Source of the DNA: Cytophagaceae bacterium
Lineage (GTDB): Bacteria > Bacteroidota > Bacteroidia > Cytophagales > Spirosomataceae
Direction: 5' to 3'
DNA length: 64,000 nt
NCBI GenBank assembly: GCA_947460975.1
Contig: CANHGO010000002.1
Location: 132,427 to 196,426, forward strand
Below the pieces are notes generated by a model, which saw only the letters and a program-made list of their open reading frames with translations, ran no database searches and was not told the origin of the DNA. Positions 59,044 through 64,000 of the stretch are shown here, in pieces; the first letter of the stretch is position 1; each line of letters starts with the position of its first letter. The position numbers and the translations under genes were made by a program.

Positions 59044-59865
59044 ATGTTTAAAAATAAAACTGTTTTCATCACAGGCGCTTCTAGAGGAATCGGGTTAGAG
59101 ATCGCCAAAAAACTAGCTTCAGAGGGCGCTAATGTAGTAATTGCCGCAAAAACGGCTGAGCCGCATCCAAAATTAGCGGGGACCATTTATAGCGCTGCTT
59201 CAGAAATTGAAGCCTTGGGAGGTAAGGCTTTGCCTTGCATTGTTGACATTCGTGACGAAAATCAGGTTTTATCGGCGGTCCAAAAAGCGGTGGAAACCTT
59301 TGGTGGGATTGACATTTTGATCAATAACGCATCGGCGATACAGTTGACGGGAACGCTGCGCACCGAGATGAAAAAGTATGATTTAATGCATCAAGTAAAT
59401 GCCCGAGGAACATTTTTGTGCGCGCAGGCATGTTTACCTTATTTATTGAAATCAGAAAATCCGCATGTGTTAACGCTTTCGCCCCCTTTAAATGTGGAGG
59501 CACGCTGGTTTGAAAATCATGTAGCTTATTCCATGGCTAAATTTGGGATGTCCTTGTGTACGTTGGGGATGGCTGCCGAGTTTAAGGGCAAAGTAGCTTT
59601 TAATGCGCTTTGGCCAAAAACGATTATTGCCACTGCGGCGATCGAATTTGCGATTGGAAATGCGGACATGATGCAATTAGGAAGAAAAGCGAGTATCATG
59701 GCGGATGCAGCCGCCGTGATTTTAAATCGGGATGCCCATACGGTCAGTGGTCATTTTTATATCGATGAGGAAGTATTGAGGGAAGAGGGGATCGTGAATT
59801 TTGACGCATACCGAGTAAATCCTGCGACTCGTGAAGACCAATTAATCCCCGACTTTTTTATCTAA
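59044..59865 (+). CDS. SDR oxidoreductase, HSDL2-like
   Basis: ITGASRGIG, AAKTAEPHPKL.GTI, NNASAI and YSMAK motifs; ATG at 59044. Confidence 0.88.
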   Translation: MFKNKTVFITGASRGIGLEIAKKLASEGANVVIAAKTAEPHPKLAGTIYSAASEIEALGGKALPCIVDIRDENQVLSAVQKAVETFGGIDILINNASAIQLTGTLRTEMKKYDLMHQVNARGTFLCAQACLPYLLKSENPHVLTLSPPLNVEARWFENHVAYSMAKFGMSLCTLGMAAEFKGKVAFNALWPKTIIATAAIEFAIGNADMMQLGRKASIMADAAAVILNRDAHTVSGHFYIDEEVLREEGIVNFDAYRVNPATREDQLIPDFFI

Positions 59866-59869
59866 TGCT

Positions 59870-60847
59870 GTGCCAGTAATACCCATTAAAAATCCGATTA
59901 AATCGCCTTTTTGGTTGCCTGAGGGTCATACCCAGAGCATTTATCCTGCGCTTTTCCGCCATGTGATATTGCCACATCAGCCTATCCGAGAACGTTTGAA
60001 TACGGATGATGGTGATTTTTTAGATGTGGATTGGTATCTAAATCAGGGGGACATAGACAAAACACCCTTACTTATTATATCGCATGGATTAGAAGGGAGT
60101 AGTGACAGGCACTATGTGAAAGGACTTATTCACATGATGCAAAGTGAAGGGTATAATATTCTTGCTTGGAATTATAGAAGTTGCTCAGGGGAAATAAACC
60201 GAGCTTTACGTTTTTACCATAGTGGCGCAACGGATGATTTGGATTTTATTATTCGGCAGGCTAACCTAAGGGGAGCGAATCAAATTTCGCTTGCGGGCTT
60301 CTCGCTCGGCGGAAACTTAACGTTAAAATGGTTAGGTGAGCAGGGAGAAAATCCTCCTCATTTCATTCGAAAAGCTGTAGCATTTTCTGTACCTTTACAC
60401 CTTTCTAGCAGTAGCCGGAAGTTGGCCCGCTGGGAAAACCGCATCTACACGCATCGATTTTTACAAACTCTTATAAAAAAAGTCACCGAAAAGTCGGCAT
60501 TATATCCAAACGATATTACGACTGGTATGTTGGCAAACATTAAGAGTTTGAAAGATTTTGATGATGTTATTACGGGCCCGCTGCATGGTTTTAAAGATGC
60601 GGAGGATTATTATGAACAGAATAGTTCGTTTTATTTTTTGGAAAAAATACGCATTCCGGTTTTAATTGTGAATGCACAGAATGACCCTTTTTTGACTGAG
60701 GAGTGTATCCCTTTTACATTGGCAGAATCATTGGATTTTGTTTATTTAGAAGCTCCCAAATACGGAGGTCATTGTGGGTTTTATCCAAAAAATTACCAAG
60801 GAGTTACTTGGTCTGAAAAGCGCGCGGCTGAATGGTTTAAAAATTGA
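59870..60847 (+). CDS. YheT-family alpha/beta hydrolase
   Basis: GH.QSI, HGLEGSS, GFSLGG, NDPF and GGHCGF motifs. Confidence 0.9.
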   Translation: MPVIPIKNPIKSPFWLPEGHTQSIYPALFRHVILPHQPIRERLNTDDGDFLDVDWYLNQGDIDKTPLLIISHGLEGSSDRHYVKGLIHMMQSEGYNILAWNYRSCSGEINRALRFYHSGATDDLDFIIRQANLRGANQISLAGFSLGGNLTLKWLGEQGENPPHFIRKAVAFSVPLHLSSSSRKLARWENRIYTHRFLQTLIKKVTEKSALYPNDITTGMLANIKSLKDFDDVITGPLHGFKDAEDYYEQNSSFYFLEKIRIPVLIVNAQNDPFLTEECIPFTLAESLDFVYLEAPKYGGHCGFYPKNYQGVTWSEKRAAEWFKN

Positions 60848-60863
60848 CGAAATTTAAAATAAG

Positions 60864-62774
60864 ATGTCTAATATACCGATAGACCCATTGACCATTGTGA
60901 TTGATTTTGATAGCACTTTTACTAAAGTAGAGGGCTTGGATGAATTAGCAAGAATTGCGCTTCAGGGCAATCCTAAGCAGCAAGAAATTGTCTCAAAAAT
61001 TCGTGAGATTACGGATAAGGGCATGGTGGGGGAATATTTGTTTTCAGATTCTTTACGTGATCGAGTGGCTTTATTGCCTGCTAATCGTTCTCATGTAGAC
61101 CAATTAATTACATTTTTGAAAGGGAAAATTTCTGATTCTTTTCAGCGTAATAAAGATTTTTTGGAGGAGTATGCGGATCGGATTTTAATTATTTCTAGTG
61201 GGTTTAAGGACTTCATCGTTCCGGTGGTGGAGGAAATGGGTATTGCGGCGGACCATGTCCATGCCAATACTTTTACCTATGATGCGGAGGGTAATATTAC
61301 AGGCTATGACCCAACTAATTTACTTTCTCAAGACAAGGGGAAGGTCAAATTATTACAGTCTTTGGCTTTAGAGGGAGAGGTTTTTGTCATTGGCGATGGG
61401 ATTACGGATTATGAATTACGGGAATCTGGCTTGGCCAATACTTTTTTTGCTTTCACGGAAAATGTTTCTCGGAAAGCAGTGACTGATAAAGCTGATTATG
61501 TGGTGCCTTCATTGGACGAGTTTTTATATATCAATGGCTTGAGTCGGGCGCAGTCTTATCCAAAGTCTCGGATTAAGGTTTTATTGCTTGAAAATGTGCA
61601 TCCAGCGGCTGTTAGTGCTTTCAAAAAGGAAGGTTTTCAAGTGGAACTTTTGAAGGGGGCATTGGATGAAAATGAATTGATTGAAAAGATTAAAGATGTT
61701 TCTATTTTAGGTTTGAGATCTAAAACGAGCTTAACGAAAAAAGTATTGGATCATCCAAATGCATCCCGACTCATGTGCGTGGGGGCATTTTGCATAGGGA
61801 CAAATCAGATAGATTTAGCCGAATGTGAAACTCGGGGCATAGCTGTTTTTAATGCGCCTTATTCAAATACAAGAAGTGTCGTTGAACTATCTATTGGTTT
61901 AATGGTGATGTTGACTCGTGATATTTTCGAAAAGTCGACCAAAATGCATGCGGGTATTTGGGATAAGTCGGCCAAAAATTCATACGAAATTAGAGGAAAG
62001 AAAATAGGCCTCGTCGGCTATGGAAATATCGGAACTCAAATTTCTGTCATTGCGGAGGCTTTGGGCTTAGAAGTTTATTTTTATGACATCGTTGACAAGC
62101 TTGCTCTAGGGAATGCAAAGAAATGCAAGTCACTGAAGGAGCTTTTCGGGCTTGCAGATTTTATAAGTCTGCATGTCGACGGGAGAAAGTCGAATACCAA
62201 TATCATCGGAACGCAGGAGTTTTCTTGGATGAAAGATCATGTGATCTTTTTGAATTTGTCGAGGGGACATGTAGTGGACATTCCGGCTTTAGTTCATGCG
62301 ATTAAATCAGGAAAAGTTTGGGGAGCGGCGGTGGATGTATTTCCTGTTGAGCCAAAAACGAATGATGAGGAGTTTGTCAATGAATTGAGGGGCTTGCCTA
62401 ATGTGATTTTAACGCCACATATTGGCGGTAGTACGGAGGAGGCGCAGGCCAATATAGGTGAATTTGTGCCCGCTAAATTGCTTCAATTTATCAATAATGG
62501 AAGTACCTATGGTTCAGTGAATTTCCCGGAATTACAATTGCCTCCTTTAGAAGACGCGCACCGTTTGTTGCACATTCACCATAATGTTCCAGGTATTTTG
62601 GCTCAAATAAATAATGTATTTGCTAAATACAAGGTCAATATCATAGGTCAATATTTAAAAACGACGGAGAAAACAGGCTATGTAATCACCGATGTGGCCA
62701 AAGAATATTCTGAGGAAATAGTGAATGAGTTGAAATTGATTAACGATACGATTAAATTTAGAATGTTATATTAG
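60864..62774 (+). CDS. serA: D-3-phosphoglycerate dehydrogenase with an N-terminal HAD phosphoserine-phosphatase (SerB-like) domain and a C-terminal ACT domain
   Basis: HAD motifs DFDST, ISSGF, K and GDG.TD; SerA motifs FCIGTNQ, GYGNIG and TPHIGGST.EAQ; ACT motif H.NVPG.LA.IN. Confidence 0.92.
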   Translation: MSNIPIDPLTIVIDFDSTFTKVEGLDELARIALQGNPKQQEIVSKIREITDKGMVGEYLFSDSLRDRVALLPANRSHVDQLITFLKGKISDSFQRNKDFLEEYADRILIISSGFKDFIVPVVEEMGIAADHVHANTFTYDAEGNITGYDPTNLLSQDKGKVKLLQSLALEGEVFVIGDGITDYELRESGLANTFFAFTENVSRKAVTDKADYVVPSLDEFLYINGLSRAQSYPKSRIKVLLLENVHPAAVSAFKKEGFQVELLKGALDENELIEKIKDVSILGLRSKTSLTKKVLDHPNASRLMCVGAFCIGTNQIDLAECETRGIAVFNAPYSNTRSVVELSIGLMVMLTRDIFEKSTKMHAGIWDKSAKNSYEIRGKKIGLVGYGNIGTQISVIAEALGLEVYFYDIVDKLALGNAKKCKSLKELFGLADFISLHVDGRKSNTNIIGTQEFSWMKDHVIFLNLSRGHVVDIPALVHAIKSGKVWGAAVDVFPVEPKTNDEEFVNELRGLPNVILTPHIGGSTEEAQANIGEFVPAKLLQFINNGSTYGSVNFPELQLPPLEDAHRLLHIHHNVPGILAQINNVFAKYKVNIIGQYLKTTEKTGYVITDVAKEYSEEIVNELKLINDTIKFRMLY

Positions 62775-62776
62775 CG

Positions 62777-63862
62777 ATGAGCCCACATAAATCTATATTT
62801 TTTACACCGGGTCCCGCGGCATTATTTCCTACGGTCGAGGATCATTACCGAGAGGCTTTTCGGCAAAATTTGGGCTCTATTTCACATCGTTCAAGTACTT
62901 TCCGGAAGATTTACCAACATACAGTGGAGCAGTTAAGGGAGCTTTTGAATTTACCTACGAGCCATGCGATTTTGTTTACGGGTTCGGCTACGGAGATTTG
63001 GGAACGGGTGTTAATGAATACGGTGGAGCATGAGAGTTTTCATTTGGTCAATGGATCATTTTCGAAAAAGTTTTTCGAGTTTTCTAAGGAGTTGCATAAG
63101 TTTGCGAATGCTTTTCAAAAACCTTTTGGCGAGGGTTTTGATGCCAACGAAATAACGGTTCCTGAATATGCCGAATTAATTTGTTGCACTGCGAATGAGA
63201 CAAGTGCGGGTGTTCAGATGCGTGCAACTGAAATTCATAAGTTGAAGAAAGCTAATAAAAATAAGTTTGTTATTGTGGACATGGTTTCGTCCGCGCCTTA
63301 TACAAATTTGGATTATAATTTAGTTGACTCGGCTATGTTTTCGGTTCAAAAGGCCTTTGGAATGCCGGCAGGTTTGGGAGTTTGGATTGCTAATGAAGCG
63401 ATGCTGGCGAAGTCGGAGCAAATTAAAAAAAATGAAGGAATTGTAGGTACTTATCATTCATTGCCTAGTTTGTGGGAAAATTATCTCAACTATGAAACTC
63501 CGGAAACACCTAATGTAATTGCGATTTATGTGTTGGGCAAGGTGGCTGAGGACTTGAATAAAATAGGGATTGATCATGTGAGAAAGGATACGGATAAAAA
63601 GGCCAGTATGTTATATGATTTTGCCAAAAAATCGGATCAGTTTGATATTTTTGTTGAAAATGAATCGCATCGTTCTGCTACAGTTGTGGTGTTAAATTGC
63701 AAAGATTTAGCGGGGGAATTGATTGGCCGATTGAAGGAAGAAACGGGCATGGTGGTAGGTGCGGGGTATGGAAAAATGAAAGAAACACAAATTCGTATTG
63801 CTAATTTCCCTGCGGTTGACGTGAGCCAAGTGGAGGTTTTGATTGACCATTTGAAGAAATAA
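62777..63862 (+). CDS. serC: Class V aminotransferase, probable phosphoserine aminotransferase
   Basis: FTPGP, ISHRS, NETS.G, D.VSS, FSVQK (PLP Lys) and TP.TP motifs; lies directly after serA. Confidence 0.8.
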   Translation: MSPHKSIFFTPGPAALFPTVEDHYREAFRQNLGSISHRSSTFRKIYQHTVEQLRELLNLPTSHAILFTGSATEIWERVLMNTVEHESFHLVNGSFSKKFFEFSKELHKFANAFQKPFGEGFDANEITVPEYAELICCTANETSAGVQMRATEIHKLKKANKNKFVIVDMVSSAPYTNLDYNLVDSAMFSVQKAFGMPAGLGVWIANEAMLAKSEQIKKNEGIVGTYHSLPSLWENYLNYETPETPNVIAIYVLGKVAEDLNKIGIDHVRKDTDKKASMLYDFAKKSDQFDIFVENESHRSATVVVLNCKDLAGELIGRLKEETGMVVGAGYGKMKETQIRIANFPAVDVSQVEVLIDHLKK

Positions 63863-63880
63863 ATTTTAAATTAAACCTAT

Positions 63881-64000
63881 ATGAAAACGACACAACCCAT
63901 TCGTTGGGGAATACTAGCTTGTGGAGGCATTGCTCGCAAATTTGCGGATGATTTGGCCTATGTGACGGATGGTTATTTAGCGGCGGTTGCTTCGCGCGAC
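63881..64000 (+). CDS. Gfo/Idh/MocA-family oxidoreductase, N-terminal fragment (runs off the window)
   Basis: My translation is MKTTQPIRWGILACGGIARKFADDLAYVTDGYLAAVASRD, a Rossmann-fold start of the IRWGI.G.G.IA..F...VASR type. Confidence 0.8.
   Translation, partial: MKTTQPIRWGILACGGIARKFADDLAYVTDGYLAAVASRD

Overview
This 64 kb window is AT-rich core chromosome from a Bacteroidota bacterium. TAnnTTTG -7 promoter boxes, SusC/SusD, PorW/SprE and the gene content suggest a small-genome Cytophagales lineage, which is an inference. It holds about 50 mostly housekeeping genes: uxuA (end), rpsL-rpsG, rny-zapA, a LytS/LytTR pair, nuoIJK, uvrC, PBP1a, porW, mrdA-rodA, atpBEFH, metX behind a SAM-I riboswitch, myo-inositol oxygenase, tyrA, recX, hemA, a serB-serA fusion and serC. 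I saw no rRNA, tRNA, CRISPR array, phage or IS element. The best leads are: (1) a SusC/SusD locus with no classical glycoside hydrolase, carrying a CRTAC1/ASPIC-UnbV lipoprotein, a vanadium-haloperoxidase-type lipoprotein and a DUF1080 enzyme; (2) an unannotated 21-aa Tyr-rich leader peptide with a complete terminator/antiterminator attenuator upstream of aminotransferase-tyrA; (3) a hypothetical protein with PI3K/HipA-like kinase motifs at the end of the mrdA-rodA operon; (4) a DUF1080-PA14 plus beta-propeller/cytochrome c module next to a LytTR system; (5) several normally intact operons that are fragmented, including a probable ~9 kb inversion. All family assignments come from motif recognition by eye, not from database searches.
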